From Callorhinchus milii (taxonomy: Eukaryota): a stretch of 64,000 nt of DNA. The DNA is taken from positions 3,782,001 to 3,846,000 of the forward strand of contig NW_024704769.1 of NCBI RefSeq assembly GCF_018977255.1. The letters are read 5' to 3'. The translations under genes were made by a program, and so were the position numbers. Below are positions 34,649 through 46,364 of the stretch, in pieces (position 1 is the stretch's first letter; each line of letters begins with the position of its first letter). Under the pieces are notes generated by a model. The model did not search any database. It was not told the DNA's origin and saw only the letters and a program-made list of their open reading frames with translations.

Positions 34649-35220
34649 GCTCCACTGGCTCCCTATCACCGAACGGATCGATTTCTAGAGCCTCTCGCTC
34701 GTCTTCAAATCCCTTCACAGCCTGTAAACTCCCTACCTCTCCAGCCCGTTTACCCCCCACCCCCCAACCCAAAAAATATAATAATGGGTCACTTCCATCC
34801 ACGACTGTCTGTGGGGACGCTGCTGTGTGCAAACGGCTGCCGTGTTTCGCCCACAAAATATAGTCACTTTACAGAATGTTCTGAGAAGCGCTTTGAGACG
34901 CCTCGAAGACGTATCAAAGGCAAAGATTATTATATTATTAGCCCGTTACCCACTGCCTCTGCTCGACCGGCTCCAGGCCTCCCGCGTGCCCCTCGTGCCC
35001 TTGTTCTACCGTCGGTGGCCGCATGTGTGTGTGGGGGGGGTGGGGGGGGGGCGGTGAAACGTACATAATTACCGGCTGTGAGTAAACAGAGACAGATGGC
35101 TTGTTATTAGGGTTTGGTGTTGTGGGACAGGGAAGGAGATCAGATGGGAGGCAGCAGGGAAGCTGTCAGTATGTGGTCTCGCATTGTTCAGCAGTTTTTG
35201 CCCAGTGCTTTTGGCTGTCT

Positions 35221-35389
35221 CGGGCTCAGGCTCCGGCTCGGGCTCCGGCTCGGGCTCCGGCTCGGGCTCCGGCTCGGGCTCGGGCTCCGGCTCGGGCTCG
35301 GGCTCGGGCTCGGGGTCCGGCTCGGGCTCCGGCTCGGGCTCCGGCTCGGGCTCCGGCTCGGGCTCGGGCTCCGGCTCGGGCTCGGGCTC
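35221..35389. repeat. (GGCTCG/GGCTCC)n hexamer microsatellite
   Basis: About 28 hexamer units. Confidence 0.95.
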
Positions 35390-35977
35390 AGGTGAGCAGT
35401 CAGTGGAACCCGTTAAACCGAGCTCTCATCTGCCTGTTCAGATGGACGTTAAAGAGCCTGTGATATGACTCCAAAAGAGAAGGCTCTCTCTCTCTCGGAG
35501 TCCTATCCCTGGCCGACAATCCTCCAGATAAAACTGGTTGTTTACTTCACGGCTGTTTGTGGGCCTTTGCTCGGCGCAAACTTGCTGCACATTTGCCTCC
35601 ACGACAACAACAACAACAATACAATCCTTGCATTTGCTACAGACGCCTCACAGCGCTTCACAAAATGCACTGCAAAATGCAGTGACTTTTTTTTTCGGGG
35701 GGGTGGGGGGGGATTGTTGGCCAGGAGACCGCGAGAGAGAAATTCTCTTCTCTTTTCAGGTAGCAGCGCAGGAGATCTTTAACATGCACCTGAACAGGCA
35801 GACGGGGCGCGAGGGTTAAAGTCTCATTCGAAAGGTGGAACCTCCAATAAAGCAACACCCTCATCCACCCACCGGTACCCCCACCCACCCCAGCGCTGCA
35901 TTGGAGCGTCAGCTTAGACCATGTGACTCCAAATCCCGACCTGGGGGCTCGAACCCACAACCTTCCGACTCAGAGGT

Positions 35978-36008
<31 letters not shown>

Positions 36009-37012
36009 CGATACCCACTGAGCCACAGGTACAGTCACTGCGCTTTATAGTAAATCCTGTGAAGCGCTTTGAGATATTGAGACGAGGGGATGAAGTGTAA
36101 GGATTATTATTAATAAAAGAAGTCCTGGAGATAAGAACAGAGCCAACAGACGGGGGCAGAGAACTGGGACAAAGGCTTGGAGAGCATTCACTTTGTGTCT
36201 GACCCTCTTCGCAAGCTGATCAATACCTGTCTGTAATGTCCATGAAATGTTCAGTCAATTAAATGATATCGACCATTAAAATCCTGATCCGGGCTGGCAT
36301 GGCAGCAAGTTGCGCTCGCCTTGGGTTAGAGAGTAAAATAAAATTAAAATAATAATAATTTGGTCACTCAATCCACGACTGTTTGTGGGGGACGTCGCTG
36401 TGCTCCATTGGCTGCCGTGTTTCGCCTAAAAAAGTAGTCACTACACTTTACAGCGTATCCCGTGAAGCGCTTGGAGATGCCTCGAAGACGTGATAAAGCC
36501 CGGTATCAAGTGCCGGGGTTATTGTTGTTATGATTTGATACGGTGCCATTTGAATCGAGAGGACGTCTCAAAACAAAGCGCTTCCCGGGAGTTACCGTCA
36601 AGCGTAGTGACTGTGTGCTTTGAAGCTGGTGTAAAATGGACATGGTAGAAGGTGCTTTGAAAGGCAAGTGAGGAGTTCAGTCACAAAATTCCCGACTCTG
36701 GTGAGAAATCTCTTTAGAGGAGAACAAATAAGCTACACTGATGTCCCGTACCTTGTAGGCATATCTCGCTCAAAGTCTGCCCTCGGCCACCGATAATAAA
36801 TTGGTCTGTCAAACACCGGCTCCCCCGGGAGGACTTCATGTTGTTCTTCCCAAGCTTTGTCAGAAATGTGTTCAGATTAATTTTTTTAAAAGTTATTAGC
36901 ATATTCTATGCATTGCTTTCTTCCCGACAGCTTGTCTCCCTCTGAACCGATCGAGATTGCGTGACTTTCCCCAGTCCTTCAACCTCCCACAGTCGCTCAG
37001 CTCTCCGATCCT

Positions 37013-37067
37013 GATAACTGGTCACCGATAACTGGTCACCGATAACTGGTCACCGATAACTGGTCAC
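37013..37067. repeat. 14-bp tandem repeat GATAACTGGTCACC x4
   Basis: Three perfect copies and one near-perfect copy. Confidence 0.95.
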
Positions 37068-37096
37068 TGAGCCCCTTTGCCTCGGAGCAAGGTATC

Positions 37097-37099
<3 letters not shown>

Positions 37100-37130
<31 letters not shown>

Positions 37131-37570
37131 TAATCCTTGCATTTGATATCTCGCCTTATCTCATCTTTGAGACGTCTCGAAGCGCTTCACAGAGTACACT
37201 GTCAAGTGTAGTGACTGTATATTTTGTGGGCTAAATGCAGCAGCCAATTGCGCACAGCAGCGTCCCCCACAAACAGTGAATGCAGCAGCCAATTAGCGCA
37301 TAGCGAATGTCCACCAAACAACCCTGGACGCAGTCGTGGGTTGAGTGACCAAATTATTTTTTTGTGTGAGGGGATCATTACCCCTGGAAAGTGATCCGCA
37401 AATCGACTAACAATTGGGTTCATACTTACTGCTGGTATAGAGATGCGTGTGTGTGTGTGTGTGGAGTGAGGAAACTCGCCTAAGGTTTCGCCCCGATCCG
37501 TCCGGGAATCAAACCTCGGGCCTCTCGCTTGCGAGGCGAGTGCGCTGACCAATACGCCACAGGACTCCAC
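37100..37570 (-). mobile_element. SINE family A copy with internal duplication
   Basis: Head, body and (AAT)n tail, with an extra segment at about 37276-37333. Confidence 0.8.
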
Positions 37571-38436
37571 CACGTTTGCCTACAAAGTACACAGTCGCTA
37601 CGCTTAAAACACTTGAGCCATCCTCCACCACATTGCCGGCCTGCGTCCAGGTGGACATTCGCTATGCGCTAATTGGCTGCTGCATTCACCCACAAATACG
37701 CAGTCACTACACCTCACAGTAAGATCCTGCGAGGGGCTTTGAGACGTCTCATCGTGCCAGGCTCCAGCTCCCGCTAGTGGCGGGTTTTCAAGATCATTTG
37801 AAATATCTTATTTGCGAGTGGCTTATTAAGCAGTCTTAACACACAGAGAAACAGCCCTCACTCAGATCAGTCAAGTGCCTCAATAATAATAATAACAGTA
37901 GTAACAGTAATCTTTGATAAAGTGCCTCATCGTATCACTGAGACGTCTCAAAGCGCTTCACAGAATATACTGTAAAGTGTGGTGACGGTATTTTGAGGGC
38001 AAAACGTGGCAAATGATTGCGCGCACCAATGCCCCGCAAACAGTCGTGGATTGAGTGACCCCAAAATTTTATGGGGTATGGATTATTACCCCCGGAAAAG
38101 CGATCTGACAATCGACTAACAACCGGGTTCCTAATTACTGCTGGTAATCAGAGGCGTGCCTGTGGAGTAAGGAAACTTACCTAAGGTTTCTCCCTGCCCG
38201 GGAATCGAACCCGGGTCCTCTCGCGTAATAATCCCTCAAAAACAAAACGTGGTCAATCAATCCACGGCGGTTTGTGGGGACGCTGCTGTGCGTAATTGGC
38301 CGCAGCGTTTCACCCACAAAATATAATCACTCCCACTCCACAGTGTTTCCTGTGAAGCGCTTTAAGATGTCTCAACGAGGTGATCGGGCGCTGTATCAAA
38401 GGCGACGATTATTAGAAGTAAGAGATAATGACGTAC

Positions 38437-38624
38437 CTCAGAAACAGAGCACAGAGAGTCTCCCGATGGCAAATCTGCCCCCGTCGCTTGGAGCTCGTGG
38501 AGGCTGAGCAGTGAGACAGAGCTTCTGCTGTTAGCCACAGAGCGGAGAGAGAAAGAGAGACGCATAGAGCTGCCTCTGCCTCAGTCAGCGAGCAGAGAGA
38601 GAGAGAGAGCGAGCAAGCTCACAA

Positions 38625-38660
<36 letters not shown>

Positions 38661-38780
38661 CCCTCCTTTCCTTTCCCTGGACCCCGTCAGCCGATCCACA
38701 GGGAATTCTACTCATTTTCCTTTCATCTCAGCCGCCCCCCCCCCCCCCACCTGGCAGAGCGAATTGGCTGCTGATTTTAG
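38437..38780 (-). promoter_or_regulatory. Probable promoter and non-coding first exon of HS3ST1-like
   Basis: Unique sequence with donor GAG|gtacgt at 38436, CT-rich 5' UTR-like text, GC box and CCAAT-like motif near 38735-38770. A matching acceptor tctttgtttaaacAG lies before 31504. Confidence 0.5.
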
Positions 38781-39777
38781 TGACGAGATGCCAGGTTGAC
38801 TTCAATCACTCTCTCGCCAGCAATGTCATTCTCAACACATATCAAGCTGAACAAGTCGACTTGTTTTGAGGATATTTGGAGTCCTGTAGGTTAGTGGTTA
38901 GACACAGGACCCCAGGTTCGTGGATTACGCGACCAAATTATTTTATTTGAAGGGACTATTAATCCCTGGAAAAGCGATTCCCCCCAATCGACTTACAACC
39001 TACTTCCTGCTCGGTAAACGTTTCGTCCTGCCCGGGAATCGAACCCAGGTCCCCTCGCTTGCGAGGTGAGGGCTCTAACCACTGAGCTACAACACTCTGT
39101 GAAACCCTCTGATTACTCTATTCCTATATTGTAAATGTAAGTTGCTTTAAACGTACAAAGATCGTTGTAGAATAAGGTTTCGACCCGGTCAGGAATCGAA
39201 CCCTTTGGAACTTCATTCATTCGCACCCCCACTCCCCCACCCACCTCTCTAACCTCCATTCACAAGACCCAAGACCCCCTTCTTTGACCTTGACTTCGGT
39301 CACCCTCCTACCCCCACCCTCCCTGCCCTCCACCCCTCCTGATCCCCAACCCCCAGCTCAGGTCCAACTCCCTGACTGTCCAGCGCCTTGGGACGTCCTC
39401 CCGATGTGATAGGCGCTGTGTAAATGTTGTGTGTTGTTGTTGCTTGGCTTGGCTGAATGATAACAGGAGTTGCTTACAGCAGGTGGTTGTTAATATCAGG
39501 TGATACATTATGAAGATTTACGCCCCGAACCCAAGCACAGACAGTTAGAAGCAGAGATCTCTCAGCTACTTAACCCGACAGTAGGTGCTTTGTGAAGCTT
39601 TGCCCCACACACGCCGTGTCTCTCCAGCTGCTCGGAGCAGGTGGCTTATCTTATCTGCCTTCATTCAATTAGTATTTTCGGTTAGTTGCCTCCTTACGTG
39701 TTCGAGATAACGTCAGCCAGAACAGTTAGGAAATGATGATAAACAAGTTTGCCAGGATAGTGGCAATAACATCTGTA

Positions 39778-40142
39778 AAGGCCTGGAGCCCAGTGGTTAC
39801 AGCCCTTGCCTCACAAGCGAGAGGACCCGGGTTAGATTCCCGGGCGGGGCAAAAGCTTAGGCAAGTTCCCTTACTCCACACACACGTCTCTGTTTACCTC
39901 GCAGTAAGTCTGAAACCAATTGCTAGTCGATTAGCAGATCGCTTTCCAGGGTAATAAACCCTCCAAAAAAAATGGTCACTCAATCCACGACTGTTTGTGG
40001 GGACGCTGCTGTACACAATTGGCTGCCGGGTTTCGCCCACAAAATATGCAGTCAATCCACTTTAGAGTATATTCTGTGAAGCTCTTTGAGACGTCTCGAA
40101 GAGGTGATAAGTTGCTATATCAAATACAAGGATTATTATTAT
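39778..40142 (+). mobile_element. SINE family A full-length copy
   Basis: Head to tail recognisable. Similar copies at about 12085-12400 (-), 37880-38225 (-), 41335-41710 (+), 44280-44640 (-), 44910-45385 (-), 45838-46185 (-), 46815-47150 (+), 47620-47935 (-), 50512-50915 (+). Confidence 0.85.
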
Positions 40143-43100
40143 TTAAATGTTTAATGGCGGACTTTAATGCTTGTCGCATGCAACTTGTGAAATTCCCTGT
40201 TCTAGATCCATTACGATTTAATTTGTTTAAAAGCCATGTTCTCATTTCATTTCAACAAAAACCTTTGCGTTGGTTTGTTGTCTAATAACAAGAGCTATTT
40301 TCTGTGAATTGTGTTCTCTAGCGTTATTATCTCCAGTCTCAACAATGCTCGAAGCAATCTGCAGATTGTTCATTTACCGACTGGGGTCTAGACGGTAACA
40401 TTACCTCATGGTGAGAAATCAAGGATGTATTTAACAGCAGTTGACGTATGTAACTTGGCACGTCCACCCAACCACCTTCGAAGGGTTATCAGTAGCTGGC
40501 TGTTCTCTTCAGATTGCCTGTTAATAATAATAATCCCTGTATTTGACACAGCACCTTATCACATCGTTGAGACGTCTCAAAGCGCCTCACAGAATACACT
40601 GTAAAGTGGATTGACTGAATATTTTGTGGGCAAAACGTGGCAGCCAATTGCGCACAGCAGCGTCCCCGCGCATTGAGTGACCGAATTATTATTATTGAAG
40701 GGATTATTACCCCCGGAAGTGCAATCCGCCAATCAACTCACAACCGAGTTCCTAACACTTTGGAGTAAATACTGTGAAGTGCTTTGAGATGTTTTGACGA
40801 TGTGACACAGGGGTTTGATGGCAGGTTTATAATGGGTTGAAATGGAGAGTTAGAGTGCCTTCCTTTCTCTCCTGGCAGGACACAAGTAATGCCAATCAGC
40901 ACATATTGGAATTATCTGCCCTCTGCCTCGCTCCGAGATCCCTTTGCCAATTTTATAGTGTGTCAGGTTCCCCAGCTTGGCAGGCAATTAGTCTATAGTC
41001 TCAGGCCATACCACACTGGGGTTTACTCCATCTCCCACTCTCATTTACTGCTGGAGCCTGCGACAATTGCCACTGAACGACAGGGGAAATGAATGAAGCC
41101 GTACGTTCCTAACAGTTAGACACGGTGAAATGTGAAACGCGTCGGTGGGAATAGGTCACAATATTATGACAATGGAATTGAAATGTAGAGTTTGCGCTGA
41201 ATACTCTGACCCTTTCTCGCTGGAGGTCGAGCCTCTCAGCGATGCTCGCAGCGACGGGAAAGTAGCAGCAGGTTAGACGTTTCCAGCTAGTGGAAAGCAG
41301 TCACTATGTGGCTGTCCCGCGTCCCTTGGAGAGAGTCCTGTAGGATAGTGGTTAGCGAGCTCGCCTCGAAAGCGAGAGGACATGGTTGGATTCAATTCCC
41401 GGGCAGTGCAACACGTTAGGCAACTTTCCTTCCTCTACACACACGCGCGCCTCTGTTTACCAGCAGTAAGTAAGAACCCGGTTGTTAGTCAATTGGTGGA
41501 TCACTTTTCCGGGGTTAATAATCCCTCCGCCCCCCCCCTCCCAAAATATTAATAATTAATAATAATGAACAATTTGTGGGACGTTGCTGTGCGCAATTGG
41601 CTGCTGCGTTTCACCCACAAGATAGTCAATACGGTGTATCCTGTGAAGCGCCTTGAGACGTCTCGAAGAGGTGATGAGGCGCTGTATCAGACGCAAGGAT
41701 TATTATTACTATTTCTCCCCGTTTTATCTCCTCTGGATCTGATCCCAACCTGGGAAATCCCTCGTGTAATAAGCTCACTGCTTATCAGCCGCCTGTCAGA
41801 GAGGGAAGCAATATTAAACATATTCCCTTGAGCTGCCGTGCAGACACTGAGCAAGGATTGGAGTGCTTTTATTTCGCTCCGAAGGGTCCACTAGTGCTGC
41901 TAAACAGCTCCGGGCTGAAATGCCCCAAATTAAATTGAAACTGAACCCTCTCTCTAGGTTCCAACTGATAGAGCACAGTATTTGCACAGCGAGTGCTGGC
42001 AGCAGTGTATAGCACTTGCTCTCAGAGTTTCATACACCAACACAATGCTCTTCTCATTAACTCGCCCACACTTGGCTGGTTAGTGAGAAACAGCACCTTA
42101 TATAGTCAGGGCTGCTGCATGTTCGCTCTTAATGCCAGGCCCCACAGCATCTTAACTCTGAGGAGTGTAGTGACTGTGCGTTTGTAGGTACATTTCACCC
42201 ACAACACGTACAGCCACCTTCACTTTGCGGTGTATTCTGCGAAGCGGTTTGAGACGTCTCAAAGACATGATAAGGCGCTGTATCGAATGCAAAGATTATT
42301 ATAAATGCGGCAGCCAATTTGCACACATCACAGTGTGAATGACTGCTTTTATCTGGATTGTTGGCCGGCCAGGAGAAAGACAGAGAGAGAGATAAAGAAA
42401 CTCCTTTTCTGTTCGAATAGCTCTGCGGGGTCTTTAACGTCCATCTGAACAGCCGGACAGGAGCTGCGATCCAAAAGCCCTGACGTGAGACGTGAACCAA
42501 CAAGTTTGTGACTCAGTGGTGTGAGTGTCTGACTCGGTGTTTGAAACCCAGTGGTTAGATGTTGGCCTGTATTTCTGGCAATCAACACTACTTAAGATGT
42601 GTGATGGGCGCAACAAAGATTTCTGTTGAATCTTTATCTTTACGTCCTTCTTGAGGTGATTGGTGGCTTCCTGATCTCAGGGAGTGTTACTGGCATTAAC
42701 CCAACCACGATCTCAGCTCACATCCTCTCTGCTGCTCAACCACTGCTCTAACTCTATACCAGCACCGCCAGATACACTGTCCCCAAACTCCACCGTGCAA
42801 TACTTTCGGCAGCTCATTGTGCACAGCAGTGTCACACAGTCATGGATTGAGTGATCAAATTATTATTGTGTTTTTCTAAGCAATTATTACCCCCATGGAA
42901 AGCAATCCACTAATAAGCAGGTTCCTACTTACTGCAAGGTGACCAGAGGTGTATGGGTGGAGTAAGGAAACTGGCCTAAGGTTGCGTCCTGCCCAGGAAG
43001 TGTTCTCATGAGAAGCCACAGCGCTGTTGGTGAGCAATGATTAATGCCCCTGGAGAGAATAAGTGATTCCCTGTGAGTGAACGTTGCATATCCATATTTT

Positions 43101-46100
43101 CATGCCACTTGTGTTTCTGACGAAGGCAGCATTGGGATCACGTAAGTTACCCAAAGCTCAGTAGAAAAGACAGGAGGAAGGAAGGTGTTATATGGTGACT
43201 GTGTGACAGGCTGGTTGTTATAGTGCAATGCAGTGCGAATGTGGCACGAGTGATGCCCGGTCTGTAACCTCTGCTTCACTCTCCCTTTGGTGCTGTGCAA
43301 TTCACAGCACGAGAGCTTGAATTAATGATGAGCTCTTTAAACGTTGGTTGTGATCTGCTTCCGAAGCTGAGCTGCTCTCTCCCCGCCCGCCCCCTCTCAG
43401 CAGGCGTGTGGTAATATAATAGTGATAATAATAATCCTTGCATTTGAATACAGCGCCTTATCACGTCGGAAAGACATCTCAAAGCGCTTCACAGGATTCA
43501 GTGTGACGTGTAGTGACTGTGTATTTGTAGGCAACCGTGGCAGTCAAGTTGCGCACAGCAAAGTCCCACAAACAGCCATGAAATGAATGACCAATTTTAT
43601 TTGGGGGATTGTTCGCCAGGACACTGTGTGAGAGAGAGAGGGGGAGAGAGAGAGAAATTCCCTTCTTTTTTCGAATAGCGCCACGGGAGATCTTTAATAT
43701 CCACTTGAACAGTCAGACGGGGAATGAGGTTTAACGTCTCATCAGAAGGACGGTACAGTACAATGCCCCAGTAGGCAGTCAGCGGCTCCTAATGCTCTAC
43801 GACTCATGGACCCATTAGACACCACACTGACAGCCTGTGTTACTGAGCGTCTCGAAGCTTGACGCTGGTGCTCGCACCACTAGCAATCAGGCTGCCTTTA
43901 ATCTGCACACATGTGGGCTGTGTCCTCTTCCTGATCCCGGTATGTAGGTCAGTTGGCAGACAAGTGGAGCTTGAACCCATAACCTTCCGACCTCGAGGCG
44001 AGAGTGTTACCCACTGAGCAGAGTGCTGGGGATTGTACAAAGGCTGAAGGCGTGAATATCCCCAAGTTATATCCAAGTGCTCAGCAGATCCCTACAGTGC
44101 AGGATTCAGTGCAATGTGTCGCTTTTCTCCCTTCGCTCAATCTCAGGAGATTTGTACGTCTATTTTAAGCTTCTAATCTCCGCTCCCTCAGCCTCGGGAG
44201 TTCCAGCACCTTCTTCTGTTCAAGAATAGAAACCGTCGAGTCCCTCCATACTCCCTCTTCAAACATATATATAATCTTTAATAATAATAATCCTTGTATT
44301 TTATATAGCGCCTTATCATGTCTTTGAGATGTCTCAAAGGTCTTCATGTGATATACCGTCAAGTGAATTGTCTGTATATTTTGTGGGCGAAACGCAACAG
44401 CCAATTAATTGTGCACAGCAGTGTGCCACAAACAGTCGTGGGTTGAGTGACCAAATTATTATATTTTTTTAAGAGGGATTATTAAGCTCAGAAAAGCAAT
44501 CCGCCAATCGACTAACATCCGGGTTCCTACTTGCTGCTGGTAAACAGAGGCGTGTGTGTGGAGTAAGGAAACTTACCCAATGTTTCACCCCGCCCAGGAA
44601 TCAAACCCAGGTCCTCTCGCTTGCGAGGCGAGTGCTGTAACTCCATTGTACTCAGCTCAAAATAAACAAAGTAAAATAAAATTGATCATAAATATTCTAA
44701 CGAGGAAGAGGTTGAAGAGAGGAGCACATCCAATATTAATATGCACAGAGCTACATTAAAACATGATTTGCTTTCACCTACTTTCTCTTGGCTGTGAAAG
44801 CTATTCTATGATTGTTTCACTGTTTCCTCTCCCCAGTAGCTCGAGCTGCCTTCCAGACGCAGTCCAGTGCCCCACAGAATAGCGGCTAAATCCTGCAGAC
44901 CAAACAAGATAATAATAATCTTTGCGTTTGATATACCGCCTTATCACGTAGTTGAGACGTCTCAAAGAGCTTCACGGAATATACTGTAAAGTGAGTTGAC
45001 TGTAAATATTTTGTGGGTGAAATGTGGCAGCCAATAGCGCACAGCAGTGAGTGTCCCACGAACGGTTGTGGATTGAGTAAACAAATTATATTATTATTTT
45101 TCTGGAGTCAGACTCTACCATAGTCAAGCGCTCCGGGACTCTATCCTGCGTGAAGGGCGCTATTCAAATGCAAGTTGTTTTTGTAGTTGGAGGGATTGTT
45201 ACCCCCGGAAAAGTGATCCGCCAATCGACTAACACCTGGGTTCCTACTTACTGCCAGGTAAACAGAGGCGTGTGTGTGTGTGTGTGGAGTAAGGAAACTT
45301 GCCTAAGGTTTCGCCCTGACACGGGAATCAAACCTGGGTCCTCTCGCTTGCGAGGCGAGCGCTCTAACCACTGAGCCACAGGACTCCACAACAGCCACTA
45401 ACATTGAACCGTGTTTGAACCCTTCTCGTTTGATCGTGCCCAGGAATTTATACTTACCATCAGCATTCTGGGCATTGCTATACTGTGTGAGCATTCGCTC
45501 TCTCTGCAGCTAAATGGCTGTCACCCTGATCTGGGCTGCCCACAGGCCGACTGCTGGCTGTACAGATGTTCAGGAAGGAGGACTCAGACTGAAAGGGTTT
45601 TCACTGGGAGATCGATTGGCGGGTGCTCTCTTCCCTGTGGAGCAGGATCAGTGAGATGGCGGACAGGCAGTCAGTGTCTCCGGCGGAGCAGTCAGCCTCC
45701 AGCTTTGATCCACACAAATCCTAGCAGCAGATCCCAAATATCTATGTCACATGGCAACCTTCAATGAAATGATTAAATCCAACTTCCCCGGAACTCAAAA
45801 CACCTCACTTCACCCTTCAACAATCCCGACACAGAATATAATAATAATCCTGGCATTTGATACAGCGCCTTATCAGGTCGGAAGGACGTCTCAAAGCGCT
45901 TCACAGAATATACTGTAAAATGTAGTGACTGTGTATTTTGTGGGAGAAACACGGCAGCCAATTGCGCACAGCAGTGTCCCATAAACAGTCGTAGATTGAG
46001 TGACCAAATGATTATTTTATTTATTTATTCATTTATTTATTTTTGAAGCGATTATTATCCTCGGAAAGCGACCCACTAATTGACTAACAACCGAGTTCCT

Positions 46101-46364
46101 ACTTACAGCTGGTAAACAGAGGCGTGTGCGTGGAATAAGGAAACTTGCCTAAGGTTTCACCCTCGAAGCCGGGTCCTCTCGTTTGCGTTGTCTCCCACAA
46201 CCTCAGACGCTGAACAAATTTCGTCAACGTACAGCTCACTGGTCACAGTGCAAAGCCAGACACAGAGCCAGGCACAGTCAGTGTATGGACACTCTTACCA
46301 CAGGGGCCACTGTGTCCAGCAATTGACAGTGCGTCTGTCTGTCTGTCTGTCTGGCCATAGTGTA

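Noticed and set aside
35101-35468. (GS)n, (RA/PA)n and (LRLG)n ORFs
   Set aside because: All frames of a hexamer microsatellite with no start or splice context linking them to a gene.
40879-41100. Acceptor- and donor-flanked unique segment with a 67-aa ORF
   Set aside because: No frame joins to neighbouring genes and no homology is recognised. It may be regulatory DNA but is unsupported.
43324-43370. ATGATGA...CTGA, C/D-box snoRNA-like (also 48730-48790)
   Set aside because: Too short, no D'/C' boxes or recognisable antisense element, and no same-strand host intron.
45411-45767. 118-aa Cys-rich ORF with a hydrophobic stretch
   Set aside because: Starts at GTG with no usable ATG, no poly(A) or promoter support and no recognisable family.
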